Shown: one piece after another, positions 38,244 through 51,129 of the stretch | How positions within the stretch are numbered: position 1 is the stretch's first letter | Layout: every line of letters starts with the position of its first letter | Assembly: GCF_002113885.1 (NCBI RefSeq) | Contig: NW_018408858.1 | Location: 457,796 to 521,795 of the forward strand | Direction of reading: 5' to 3' | Source: Mizuhopecten yessoensis | Lineage: Eukaryota | Length of the DNA: 64,000 nt | Position numbers and translations under genes: made by a program | Notes under the pieces: model-generated | The model's database searches: none | What the model saw: only the letters and a program-made list of their open reading frames with translations | What the model was told of the DNA's origin: nothing

Positions 38244-41200
38244 ATGGGATGGATATTGCTCGCCCTGGTATTTGTGGCAGCTGTCAGTTTTGACCACAGT
38301 GAAGGCTGTTCTTGCGCGGGACTCAACGACCTTGCGTTTCAGTACTGTAACGACGAAAAGGAGTTGAGTACGTATCTATAATAACGTTTAGCACTACAGT
38401 CGACTTTAATTTCATTGTGGATTTGCCATAGTATTATTATTCCGGCATTGTAGCTTCGGTTTTAATATTTTTCTATTAGTAGTAAACAATAGTACATGTA
38501 TATATGTAATAAATATAACATCAGTATCGCCTACGTAGATAATTGTTACTTCACGAATACTAGGACCCGAATTCATAAAACTGTTCTCATGCTGACTCTC
38601 ATATACTGTGCTCAAACCCGATTCCTTGTCTCTTCCTTATGGAAGAAATTCGGAGAGAATTAAAGACTTAACTGTTCTAAATATTTATTTTATTGAGTGA
38701 TGTAAAAAGAAAAAAGTATATTTCGTGAATGGGGAGAACGAATAAATATATGATATCAAAGTTTCAGTCGGTCTTGACACGTTGAGACATGTTTAGTACG
38801 TATATTGTTTAGATATAAAGTACAATTTTGATATTACAGATATCCGATTTGAGTGAAGTGATTAGATATATAATTTTCAAATACACTTATATGACTTGCG
38901 AAAGTGTATTACTATAAGGAGGCTACAAAATTCTCATTAATGTAAAGTAAAAAGTATTACATATCGTAACATGATTTTTTTGTGATACCACCAGTAACTA
39001 ACACCAGACAGTATATTTACTTGCCATTCTCCATATCAAACATTTGAAGAACACCAATAGCAACGTTAGGGACGTAGAAATACTTATTCAAAATAATCAG
39101 TTTCAGTTTCATAACATATGACGGTGTGTATTGTACCTTCTTGCAAGCTCTACATCTAAAACTGCTTCATGTCTCTGGTACAATTCTGTGTTATATATTA
39201 CCTACTTCCGAATATTGACGATGCTTGTGTTAACGGATAAATATGCCTACATTTTGTATGTTCAACGTCCTGTTTACCAAAGACGTCTTCAGTGTAGAAA
39301 CAAGTCTATCAAATGTAAACAATGTCAACCTTAACGTAGACAGAATTTTAATTGTTCCCCTTTATTTCCTTTCAAAGCGATTCTTGCCTGGAATTACTCA
39401 GAATACAACAACAGACCTTTTCCTCAGATTCACCTTTTTACTAGACACCTTAATATTGCCGTGCACGAAGATGTGATGATAAGTAAGATGTTTATCCTAA
39501 AGTTTGTACTTTATTATTTGTCACTTTGTTTCCGTTAGTCCTTCGTGGTGTAGCCCTGAACGAAACACTAGATGATGGCGAAACTATCCAGACCTGGGAT
39601 GACGTCAGCAGTTATGCATTTTGGATAACGGAAGTCGTCAAAGCTACAGGGGTAAGTTCATTACCTTACAGGTATAACTCTTCAACTCCCCTCTCAAAAC
39701 TAACTCTCTCGTCTGCTAATATACAGAGTATTTAAGGTCATAGTCAAATGATTTTGTTGTGGTTTCGAGTCGTTTCGTGATTCATGAAAGAAAATGAAAA
39801 GTATTTTTGCAAATTGAATATAAACAGATTGCTGATCAAATAAGACTGCGTTAATTTGAAACACAGATGCTCATTAGTATTGCCCGGAAGTGAATTTTGT
39901 GAAAATAGGGAGGAGGATTCCTATAAAGTTTGCCGTGTGGTAGGAACGCAAGATACCAAAAAGTTATATTTGTGAAAGCATTATCAATGGTAAATTCTTA
40001 TTTTATCTTTTCTTAATGTAAATAATATAAAACTAACTACTCTAAGACATGCACGTTGCATTTTAATATTATTTTGTGATCTGAGTAAGAATGTCGTGGA
40101 TGGTTTCATTTGATTAAATTCAGAATGCCAGTAGATTAATTGAAGGAAAGAACGTCATCAACATTCAAGCGGGTATGGAAGGTTCCATGTGCGGTACCAG
40201 TTTAACAATTGGCGTGGAGTACGTTATTGTATGTGAGTACTCTAAAAAAAAAAAAACATAAGCATTTTAAATATAAGTAGTCTACTAGTTGATGCGAAAA
40301 CAAAAGGTTCTTGTGGCATTATCGCTTAACCGTTTCTATCCGACCTATGCAAGAACATGTTTCCAATAATTTAAGGACGCCGGAGGCTCTCTCATATTTC
40401 TTAATGATCCTCATTTGTAGACCTTCTAGTCTTGAGGTACATCAAGCACGGAGCACAGAGACGGACACAGACTAGCAACTTAAGGGAATATCTCCCAACC
40501 ATTTCTGGTTAAAACTCTCATTACAATCCCTGTCAGTCATCATACTGCTGAATCATTAAAGAGTTTCATTGCGAGTGTTTTGTAATTACAGTTACCCCCC
40601 CNNNNNNNNNNNNNNNNCACCCCCCACCCCTGCGCGTTTAGCACCTGTTTACCACTCTAAATGTGAAAAAGTTCTTTCTTTTAGATATGAAAGTCTGTTG
40701 TTGGTATATCTTAAATAAGTGGCCTCTGTTGCTGGGGGTTTTCCGTGATATTGTTCCACATTATGATGAATGTACTTGCTTCGATGTCGTACATTTCTTG
40801 TGCTATCTTGACTGTTTCGAAATATCCGCGCGGTGTCATCTTTATGCTTTTGTAGGTAGATTCAGGTTTTTAGTCTTTCTTGGTAGGACAGATTTCATAA
40901 TCCAGGAAGCTGTTTGGAGGTTCTTCTTTGTACCCCTTCTATTTTGTATGTACATTGCTTGACATGGAGACCATTATGAACATGAAAAATCTAGATGTGT
41001 TCGTACCAGACTCTTATACAGTGTTTGAAGTTTCTTTTGATGACTGCAGACAATGCGTTTGCCTTTCTGATTTGTTACACATATATGATAACTCATAAAT
41101 AAATAAATTTATGATGTCAATAATGACTTTTTGAGGATGTGCACATGCTTATTATTCACCTTAAATGACTATAAAAACATTTTAAAAGTCTAAGAAAAAC

Positions 41201-44200
41201 TGGTCAGTAGAAGTAGATGGTTATGTCGTACTACAGGTATATAAACAAAGATAATGTCCACTTTTTCTTTTTCTTTTTTACTGTTCCCGGTCAATTGTTA
41301 TCACAAGCACGAAAACAGTATCAATGACATATTCCAGGGGTGTACAGAGCGAAATTGAGCGTAACCCCTGGATATCGAGGATGCCAGTAATGATATTGAT
41401 AATGAAATAGACGTATCAGTAAACTTGCAGCTGAAATGTACTTTATTTCATACTTATTTTTTTTTTTTTATCTCATCCATATGTTTAGTGCACGAGTCCT
41501 TAAGGATTTCCTTGTGCGACTGGGTAGTGCCTTATGATGAACTGCAACCCTGGGATCGAGAAGTGGTTGATGATGAACACTTCAACTGCATTATTAGAAG
41601 TATGTATCAGAAATAGAAAATCAATCTTCCTTTGATCTATTCAGTCTATTGACTTTTATTTAAACTTCAAACAGTCATTCTATTGACGTTTATGATTTTT
41701 TTATCATTAATGTATCTCAAGTTCACGGTTAAATTACTGTGCAAATTAGTTCGGTGAATTTTGACATATTGTTAAAAGCAAGAGTATCGTCTCTAACATA
41801 TCAAAAAAGGCCATGGCATAAACTCTAGGAAATGCATTTTGTAGAAAATTTAACCTAGCTGTATTACATAACAGCTTTTAATTCTCCTCGACAGTTTTCA
41901 TGATTCGAAATTCATTAATTATATTTGCATTTTTTGTTTGCAGACTGCATTCCTATGGGAGGTATGTAAAAAAATATACAGGCTATTTTCAATGGAAGTT
42001 ATGTACAAACTCTGTATCTACTGACTGTGTTTCTATGGGAAGTATGTATTTACAATTTTTTATATACAGACTGTTTTTCTATGGAAAGTTTGTGTACACA
42101 AACCTTTATGTACAGGCTGATTTTCTATGGGAAGTATGCATTTACAAACTTTTATATACAGACTGTTTTTGTTTCCGAAGTATGCTCAATCTTTTTTTAT
42201 CTACCGGGTTTTTTTCTATAAGAAGTATGTACAAACGTTTTTTTACTGTTTTTCTATGGAAAGAATGTATTAGAAATTTTAATATATATACTGTTTTTCT
42301 ATGGAAAGTTTGTATTTACAAATTTTATACACAGACTGTATTTCTATGGGAAGAATGTATTTACAAACTTTTATATACAGACTGTTTTTTAGGAAAGTAT
42401 ATACGAAATTCCATATTCCTGTTTTCTTTTGGAAGTATGTATTTACAATTTTTTATATACAGACTGTTTTTCTATGGAAAGTTTGTGTACACAAACCTTT
42501 ATATACAGACTGTTTTTCTATGGGAAGTATGTATTTACAAACTTTTATAAACAGGCTTTTCTTCTATGGGAAGTATGTACAAACTTTTATTTAATGTTTT
42601 TTTATATAAGAAATATTTACAATTTTTCTATACACAAATGTATTTTTTTATGAAAGGTATGTACACACTTAATGATTTATATAGGTTTTGTGTTCTGTGA
42701 GAAATATGAACAAACTTTTTATACGTAGACTATTACTTTATACGTGTTTCTATGGGTGGTAGTATATACAAGCCTTCGATAGAAATGACGTCGCTCCTTT
42801 TATCAGAGAAGGGAATTAGGCATCTAACAATTATAAATATAAAAGTTGTATCAGATATGCAGATAAACAAATATAGAGTCAAAGTAATTTCCAATTCAAT
42901 TGTCAGTGATCAATTCACGTCGTCATTTTATTTTAAACGTGAATGGTTTTTAATATTCATTCAACCCTTGACCTCAATTTTGTTCATTTATTTTTCAAAG
43001 ACGGTTTGGACATATAAAAATGCCGCCATAATAAAGTTAGTTCTTCTTCCGACATAACTCATCTTTATTTATTTATGAGTTAATAAATAAAGTAAAATTG
43101 TTAACTTATTGCATGAACATTTTTGTAATCCCCAGATATGGAGCTGATGTGCTGTAATGAGGGTAAGTAATAAATATAATTAAAAAGTATATTTAATGTC
43201 AGATTAATATCGTTATGGAAACATTCCTTTTAATATATATTGATGGTGACACTTCATTTTCACTATATTGGAGTCTAGAGAACATAACAGGAGAATTACA
43301 TAATGGAAGCCACTAACTAACTATCATAATGTCTACAGTTAATTAGAAAATTAATAATCCATCCCGCCAACAACTTCCGTTTTAACAATAAAATATGCTT
43401 TTTTACCCTTTACTTACAGATCAAAGTGGAACAGTTACCTGTACCAGCTACGAAGGTATATATCATTTCCGAAGAAAACAACTATCGATACCAGTCCTAA
43501 TTTGTAACAGAATACTGATATTTTTATTTATAACTTTACATATATATATCAACACTTGTGTGACCGCACAACGCACCAAAAATAGCGTACGCACATTGTG
43601 CATACATCGTGCACACATCGTCCGCACACCGCACATCGTGTAACGTTGTGCGATCCCACAACTGCAAATATTGTATGGACAGAGAGATCACTTATAAAAG
43701 GAATGCTAAGAGAATGTTGCATTTGATAATTATGATTGTGGAATGGCTTTCAGATGTAATACTTAGTATGTCTTTTATAAATTTGTCTTTCGAGATGTTA
43801 CGTGGATATTGCTTTTGTCATTGTTCAATATTTTTAAAACCTGGGTCAACTTCAGAAAACAGAAACTGTCTTCAAAAGGTCGTCTCGTCCCAATAGAAAT
43901 GAAATTGATGTCAAAATCAAACAGTCGATCACATACAGTCTTCTTTTACAGGTTATAATTAAAATCATATTCTCAATTGAGTTTTTAAAATGTCTGTTTT
44001 ACAGATTGTGTTACGGACCAAGGTATGTATTCGTACAGAAACATAATATCTATTAAATATAAATTTTACTTATTTTACAACAATTATGAAACAAGTTATT
44101 ATATCTTATGTTAATATCTATTATTAGTTATATAAAAGCGTACGTGTCAACAAATTTAATTGATATGAATATAACCTGTATATTACCACAAAATCTGTAC

Positions 44201-45682
44201 GTCACTGGAAAAAAAATATTTAAGCTATTAATAGTATGATTCGCTTAAAATTCTATATTTCGCTAAAGCAATTCCAAATTCGTATAGATATAGGCCTTTT
44301 TTAGTCAGCCTCCGCAATAATGTCACAGTCGATTCTCGTGTTCTCTACATCAATCCCATGAATGTGCCCACTTTATCAATCAGTCCTAGTTTAACGTAAA
44401 AAGTCATGGCGATCCTGTTTATGTACTTGTTTTCTTTGCCAACTTCTATTTTGAAGGTGGGGTATATAAAATTTCATTTTGGTTAAACGCTGTGGTGTAT
44501 TTCGGCTTAATTCATTGACGCTGTGGTATATAACGTCATTGTGTGTTGACGTGTAGCGCAATCTGCACTTGCGCTTTGTGGTTGTAGATTTTTTCTAATA
44601 TTAAATGTAAACCTATACACGCTCTAGTCATCATGAAAACAGGGTCCTTTTTGTAATGTATTCAATAAATACAATTTTCTGATATTACAATGACCTTCTA
44701 TGACTATGTAAACCTGAAACAAACTTTACGTACAACTACTCAAATGTAACACATTCGATTGTTTCTTTGTAATGACAATCATAGACCGTACCGTTAATTT
44801 GTAATAATTATGAATTACGTTTTACATTATCAGTTGAAGAGACGACCCATTGCTGTACAGCATGTAAGTAACGCCAATTTTAACAAATCAGAACAAAAAT
44901 ATCTTTATTCTTTTCTTTAAGTCCTATTTCTACATTTACTATATATTTCTTTTGTTTCTACACGATGCTGATATAAATTGAGTAGCACTTCATCGTATTG
45001 TCATTGTTTCTGATACAGACATTTCTGCTGGTTTTAGTATAAATGATGACCAACTGTAAAACACGTGTAGCTGCCATGTTGCAAAATTATTCTTTTCTTT
45101 TACAGCAAACGAAGTGCCGAACGCATGTGTGGACTATCCAGGTATTGAATATCTCTATTTTTAATATAAACATATACATACATGATCAAAAAATGATTCT
45201 GTAATAGATATGTCAAAATGAATGCTAAAACTTCTTGCAATTTGTTTCTACAAGTACTCATAAAGTAGCTACTGATGTGAAGCATAGTGTTATTCTCAGT
45301 TTTTAGTCTTTCAAAATAGTTCCGCGAACATAACTCATCAATATAAACAATCGCCATAAAATTAAGATTACTCAGGTAACTTATAGAAAACAGTGAATGA
45401 AACAATGAACTTTGAGTTGTATTTCCAAAAATAGTTGGTTATCAATGGCGTTAGAGATTAATGACGTCACTGACCTAATTTATCTTACCTATATATTCCT
45501 ATAATATCTTCTTAATCATTAATTGCATTGAAGAAGTACTGCACTAGAGATAATGTTATACGTATGGGTAAAGATTGTAAGACATTTCACCGGTAAAGAA
45601 GTTCATACCATCGTACTAGTACACATAGCGCAAATATTTTATCTTTTATGGTTTCTTTACAGGTTATTTAAAGAAAAAGTAA
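38244..45682 (+). CDS. TIMP/NTR-domain secreted protein (TIMP-C) with two micro-exon-encoded Cys modules, 11 coding exons, 213 aa
   Basis: Exons 38244-38367, 39539-39651, 40124-40232 and 41489-41599; micro-exons 41944-41961, 43136-43162, 43420-43455, 44005-44022, 44834-44863 and 45106-45141; terminal exon 45663-45682. All are GT-AG and in frame (642 nt). Translation: MGWILLALVFVAAVSFDHSEG|CSCAGLNDLAFQYCNDEKELILRGVA...GSMCGTSLTIGVEYVIV...SLCDW...FNCIIR-NCIPMG-DMELMCCNE-DQSGTVTCTSYE-DCVTDQ-VEETTHCCTA-SNEVPNACVDYP-GYLKKK*. Confidence 0.85.
41935..42770 (+). repeat. 46-bp degenerate tandem array made of copies of TIMP-C micro-exon 5 plus its splice sites
   Basis: Unit (tatatacag)ACTGTTTTTCTATGGGAA(gtatgtatttacaaactt) versus the original cag-ACTGCATTCCTATGGGAG-gtatgt. 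Period 46 (42070/42116/42162 and 42463/42509/42555). Confidence 0.88.
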
Positions 45683-47950
45683 ACAAAAGAATCAATACGA
45701 CATTTGGTACAAAAGAAGTGCAGCTGTTGTCGATTTTTGTATATTGGTGATGACACCTAATACACTGATGCTATTTGGTTGTACATCGACAATAAAGGTT
45801 ATCAAATATTTTATCTTTTACAGTTACAGTATCAATTGCTCGGTAAATTCTTACGTCAAAGTGTCGATATCTGTATCAGATAGTTTTCTTATAGATTCGG
45901 TTTTAATTAACATTGTTTCATAAATAACATCACTAATGTGAAAAAAGATGGATCAATTCACCGTTTCCTTTTGGGAGAAATTACATTTTTGTTGCAAATG
46001 AAGTGCAATGATACAAAATGAAAAAGAATATTCTGTCACAGTAAATTAACATTCATGATCAGGATGAGGACAATACATATCTTTTCAAATAAGGTTTCGT
46101 GTATATGTTTCACTGTTTCAAATAATAGTTCTGGACTTTTCTTTGAATCAAAGATAAAATTTAATAATTTAAACTTTACATAGGCCATTTCTAAGCAGCT
46201 GACGTAAAGTTGACATTTTCAACCAACACGCCTCAGTTCATTCGTGACCTCGAGTGTTGTTAGCGTGGTGTGAAACACATGTCGCCGTAGTTCGAAAATA
46301 GCGTGGGATACACTTACTAAAGTCTAACAGAGGATGAAAGGGACAATCACGTGTCCCTCACACAGCTTTTAACAAAAAGGTATTAGAATGAATATGAAGC
46401 GTATCAGAACTCAATAATATTACCGCACATATCGTTCTCTGTGGAAACAAAGCTTCAAAATAGCTTCAGTTTACATCAAACTGTTGTATATTTTGTATCA
46501 TTTCAAATGCATACACATAATAATTACTTTAACAAGGACAATCAGGCCGAATTGCTCCGTCATATCATAGGCAAATGTTACATGTATAATAGGACAAATT
46601 TAAAAGTCACGGGAGGGAGTTGAGTTAGGAGTTAAACCACATCTATTCGTGCACTGGTATTTATATTTAGGGAAAAAAAATCTAATTCACGGTGGTTTTC
46701 CTCCGCGTAGTCAGGTAATCTTCTTTAAAGCTAGGGTTTAAAGAATTATTGATAATAGGACGATTATTCAACTGCATATACATAAATGAAATATCGCGCC
46801 ACGGAAGCATCCTTCTCTTCGGATTGATAAAATAGTAGTTGACTTGATATTTCACTCCCGTGCAAGGGTTGGCAGCTAGGTCGACTGATCTACTATAACG
46901 ACGAGCTACTCTTGCTGAAGGAATCTGAATGTATCTGCTGCCAAATTCCAGCACTACAGATTTAATTTCGTCTACTCCTTCCAGTAGGGTCTCCTAGCTG
47001 TAACTAGGAGGTTAGTGTGACACTGTTTCAGTAATGGTCGTTCCATGTCACCATGGTAATAACATAACGATGTTTTATCGTTCAATTGACCGTATTAAAT
47101 TACTTGAAAAAGAACAGCGAACATGGTTCCGTCGTTACTCGCTTTAAATGTCACAAACATTATATAAATAAACGCAGGCTCCTCCATTTGTAAATCATGT
47201 ATATGTGCTGACATTTATTTAAATTACATTATTATCAACCTTAAGGGTGTTATCAATTCCCTTCAACTGAACTAGTAGGCGGTACATAGCGGAGATGTGT
47301 GGTAGTATAACAACAGATGCGTACAAACAAATATGAAATTATAGGGCTTTATCCCACTCTGATAAAGCCTCTGGAAAATGGTCTCTAAAGTTTAGATTGG
47401 AGTTAGATTTTTATGCAAGTGTAACGTTTAATTGCTTGACTGATCAGGGTCGTTTGATTGTACATGGGCTACAAGAGGTATCAAGGAATGAGTGAGTAGG
47501 GTCACAAGTGTTCCTATAGAGGCAGTGGATGAGTTTTGAAGACAACTATTAGAAATCTTGGGTAGGTAATGAGTATCAAGGGAGATAAATCCAACAGGTC
47601 ATAAAAGACATTTTGTACATGTACATTCTATAACTATCAAGCGTGGCTTTTGAAATATATGGAGACATATCATACACATAAGATAGCCAGGGTAGGCAAT
47701 GGCAAACAAGGGATATATATGAAACATGACTACCTAGACAATTTGTGTATGCTATTGGTATCAACTGAGGCTTTTGAAATCAATGGAGACATATCATAAA
47801 AATTGACTAGATACACTAGGTATACTATTGGTGTCAAATCAGAACTACCTTACATTACTAGCTATAGTCTCGTTCAACAAGAAACCTGTCATACATGTAC
47901 ATGTATTGGGCTACATATTATAAATCATAAAAGTTTCGTATTTGTATAAG

Positions 47951-48321
47951 CACAGGTACTAGCCTCGTCTGTCAATACACCTATAATATAATCAAGGTTG
48001 CCAACTCCAGAAAAGTTCCAGAAAACATGCTATTTTGTCATAACCCATCATAGTATGACACCGGGAACAGTCTAGATCGACAGGAAAATATTGTTTTCTT
48101 TAATTTGATGTATGATTTGCCATATAGCATGCTGTGTAACAACATTGTCTACAAATTGAAGACAAATATTTTCCTATCGATCTAGACTGCTCCCGGCGTC
48201 ATACTACGAACGGTTATGACAAAATCACATTTTTCTGGAACTGGGTCATTTTACTAGGGGGTCACAGTTAGCAACCTTTATTATATTATAGGTGTATTGG
48301 CAGACGAGGCTAGTACCTGTG
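47951..48321. mobile_element. Foldback MITE with a 7-bp TSD (P-element-like termini)
   Basis: TIR CACAGGTACTAGCCTCGTCTG...CAGACGAGGCTAGTACCTGTG, with imperfect symmetry over the whole 371 bp. GTATAAG is duplicated at 47944-47950 and 48322-48328. Confidence 0.85.
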
Positions 48322-48488
48322 GTATAAGCATGAGTGGTGTATTCTTACAATGACTAGTATAACAGACTTCACCGACTCATTCAAACAATCTGACCTACCT
48401 ACAAATGTGCATCATTAATCCTACCTACGGATGTATTGATACTGTATGTTTCGTACACTTGGATGTGTTTACCTAAGCTTGCATTGAA

Positions 48489-51129
48489 TCAGGAATCACA
48501 ACTAGCCGAAACACTTTTTTCAAAAAGTAGAATGTGAGCAACTGCAATTATCAGAAAACATATTTTTCCGATGATATAGTGGCACAAGGACCACATGTCT
48601 AATCTCGGAGGCATTTTCTTTATACCGATGAAGCCATTATCTTTCGTTTTCCGGACTGTTTATCCCTCTTCTTTTCCGGTGGTGATATTAGACGTCGGTA
48701 CATTGATAGCCATGATGACGGAGTCTACAGTGATCAAACTGCTACTGGCCATTACCATCATGAAATACATTACTGAAACATATGATACATTATTAACGCC
48801 ATGTTATCATACAAAGAAATGAAGCAACATATGCTGTATTCCATGCATTATACACATACAGTCAAGTCTAGAGTGTAAACATATACAATATATACTAGCG
48901 TCTAAAAATATACACTAGTGTATATACACAGAGTATACACATCAGTGTAAACGAATACAGTAAACGAAACAGTGTAAACACATACAGTTAACATAAAAGT
49001 ATAGACACATACAGTATACATACCAGTGTAAACACATATTACAGTAACACCACACTGTTAACGCATACCGTTTACATGTCAGAGTAGAACATACAGTATA
49101 CAGGTAGATGTTAACACATTCAGTATACATACCAGTGTAAACACACACTATATACACTACAGTGTAAACACATACAATATACACTACAGTGTAAACACAC
49201 ACAGTATACACCACAGTGTTAACAATTAAATTATACACTACAGTGTAAACACACACGGTATACCATACAGTGTAAACACACACGGTATACCATACAGTGT
49301 AAACACACACAGAATATACCATACAGTGTAAACACACACGGTATACCATACAGTGTAAACACACACGGTATACCATACAGTGTAAACACACACAGTATAT
49401 ACCATACAGTGCAAACACACACAGTATATACCATACAGTGCAAACACACACGGTATACCATACAGTGTAAACACACACAGTATATACCATACAGTGCAAA
49501 CACACACAGTATACCATACAGTAAAAATACCGTTTACACTACAATGTTAACACAAACTGTATACACACAAGTATAAACACTTGCATTATAAATGCCATTG
49601 TAAACACATAATGAATATCCGCCAATGTTTACATAAACAGTATACCCGAAAGTGTAAACACATTCAGTATACACCATATAGTGTAAACATAAATAATATA
49701 TTCTACAGTGTCGGCAAACAACACAGGTCACACAACAGGTTTAAAAAGTGACATGGAAAAAGAAAATTAAAAATTAAGATTATACCAAAACTTATCGAAA
49801 AAGAAATGTACAAAGATCCCAAATAAATAGATAAATGAAAATCTATCAATGTATCATGAGGACATCCTGGGGGTTTGTAAGTCACCTTAATATAATGTTT
49901 ATCAAATTCAACTCATTACCTTTATATTAAAGTTTTCATGAACAACAAAGTTTTAAAACAGCATATAAGGAAACAAGAAATATAACTCCATACATGATAG
50001 AAATAAGACCAGTCATGCATGGTTATAAAAACATGCGAAAGTAAAAACAAAAATGTATATTTAATTCAAATTTGAAATAAAATAAATTTAAAATTACCTT
50101 TCATGGCACAAACGAACTTGCAACGTGAATTTCTTTCTTTTAGTAATACAAGATTGGACCTGTTCTTTTTTCACAACAGAGCGCACTACAATATGAAAAC
50201 GTGGAATTCTTCGACACCGTTTGGTATCGGAAAGGTTTGAGGTGCTGAAAACAAACAACCGACTATGACACAACACATACATGTACCTCAAATATATCGA
50301 TAAATGGATTATTTATTGATCTCAAACCACCTTTACTTTCACCAACAGCTGCTACAATCCGTCAGTAAAGTCCTCGGTTTTCAATCTTTTCAACCATAAT
50401 GTATGCCATTGGAGTGAATTATCAACAAAAAGAGTCGGCCTGGAAATCTTCTAAAACAAGGATGATTTTTTCCGTTTTCGGTCCGGATCAGAACGGCTTA
50501 AAATTTGAACTCCACGTTTTCATAAAGCAGTGCACTCTGGCCCAACACCAGACATCTTTCTGTCGAAATGTCTTAGTCTGGTGTCGGGGCCAGAAGATAC
50601 TCGAGCTAGAATCATAAGTATTTTACCTATTATTGGTGTAACGTCTGAGTTTGTTGGAAGATGTTTCTCCATCTGAGTGAGAAATACCATACACGCGAGT
50701 AGTATAGTCATCCGACCGCCTTCCTCCGTCGGTATAGAGTACACACCCACAGTTACAACAGGCAGAATTACTGAAGGAACAACTATAAGGAACACATAGA
50801 CATCGTTTTTCGTCTCAGTACAATTTTGAAATTCAAACCTGGGCCAGCATTCTCATCCGGAGTTTCCAAAGACGTCGACACCAAGCTCTATGATTGACTT
50901 CCATGGACGGGAAATGTGATTCTGATTTCATCAGGGACTTAAAACTTGATGTAATTATTTGATTTGGGACCGAGGTTCATTCTTATATTGCATGTCTGAT
51001 TGTCATAGGGGGAGGTTTGTGGATTCATATCACAGGAAATGGTTATTACTCCGGACGGCGAAAAGGTCACGAGACCATCTGACGTAATTTGATATATATC
51101 ATAAAGGATCAGAAAATGTGATTAATCCC
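48489..51129 (-). pseudogene. Pseudogene of a nicotinic acetylcholine receptor-like (Cys-loop) subunit, paralogue of 62334-63492
   Basis: Exons about 51129-50627 and 48772-48489 align with the intact paralogue (CDMNPQTSPYDNQTC, LPTNSDVTPIIG, EKSVSASCDS*). They carry in-frame stops at 50939-50941, 50888-50890 and 48660-48662, an FPYD>SPYD change and a 12-nt deletion at the M2 entry. Upstream exons were not identified. Confidence 0.88.
48850..49720. repeat. About 27-bp minisatellite (TACAGTGTAAACACACACGGTATACCA) in the intron of the nAChR-like pseudogene
   Basis: Clear units at 49240-49520 with degenerate flanks. Source of the repetitive CVYTV/CLHCMV ORFs. Confidence 0.9.

Noticed and set aside
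39000-39480. Possible decayed retroelement coding fragment in TIMP-C intron 1
   Set aside because: The composition is suggestive but no diagnostic motif could be read with confidence.
41900-42653. 216-aa and overlapping ORFs in the ORF track
   Set aside because: These are read-through of the 46-bp repeat, open in several frames with periodic low-complexity translation. Only the 18-nt AG/GT-bounded units are plausible coding pieces.
45019-45030. Extra 12-nt phase-1 micro-exon candidate (YISA) in TIMP-C
   Set aside because: The donor is weak (GTTTTA), there is no Cys, and inclusion would break the CC-x9-C spacing shared with the first module.
46682-46954. 90-aa minus-strand ORF
   Set aside because: No recognisable motif or supporting splice structure.
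48942-49731. Cys/Val/Tyr-rich ORFs (191 aa and others)
   Set aside because: They are translations of the 27-bp minisatellite in all three frames.
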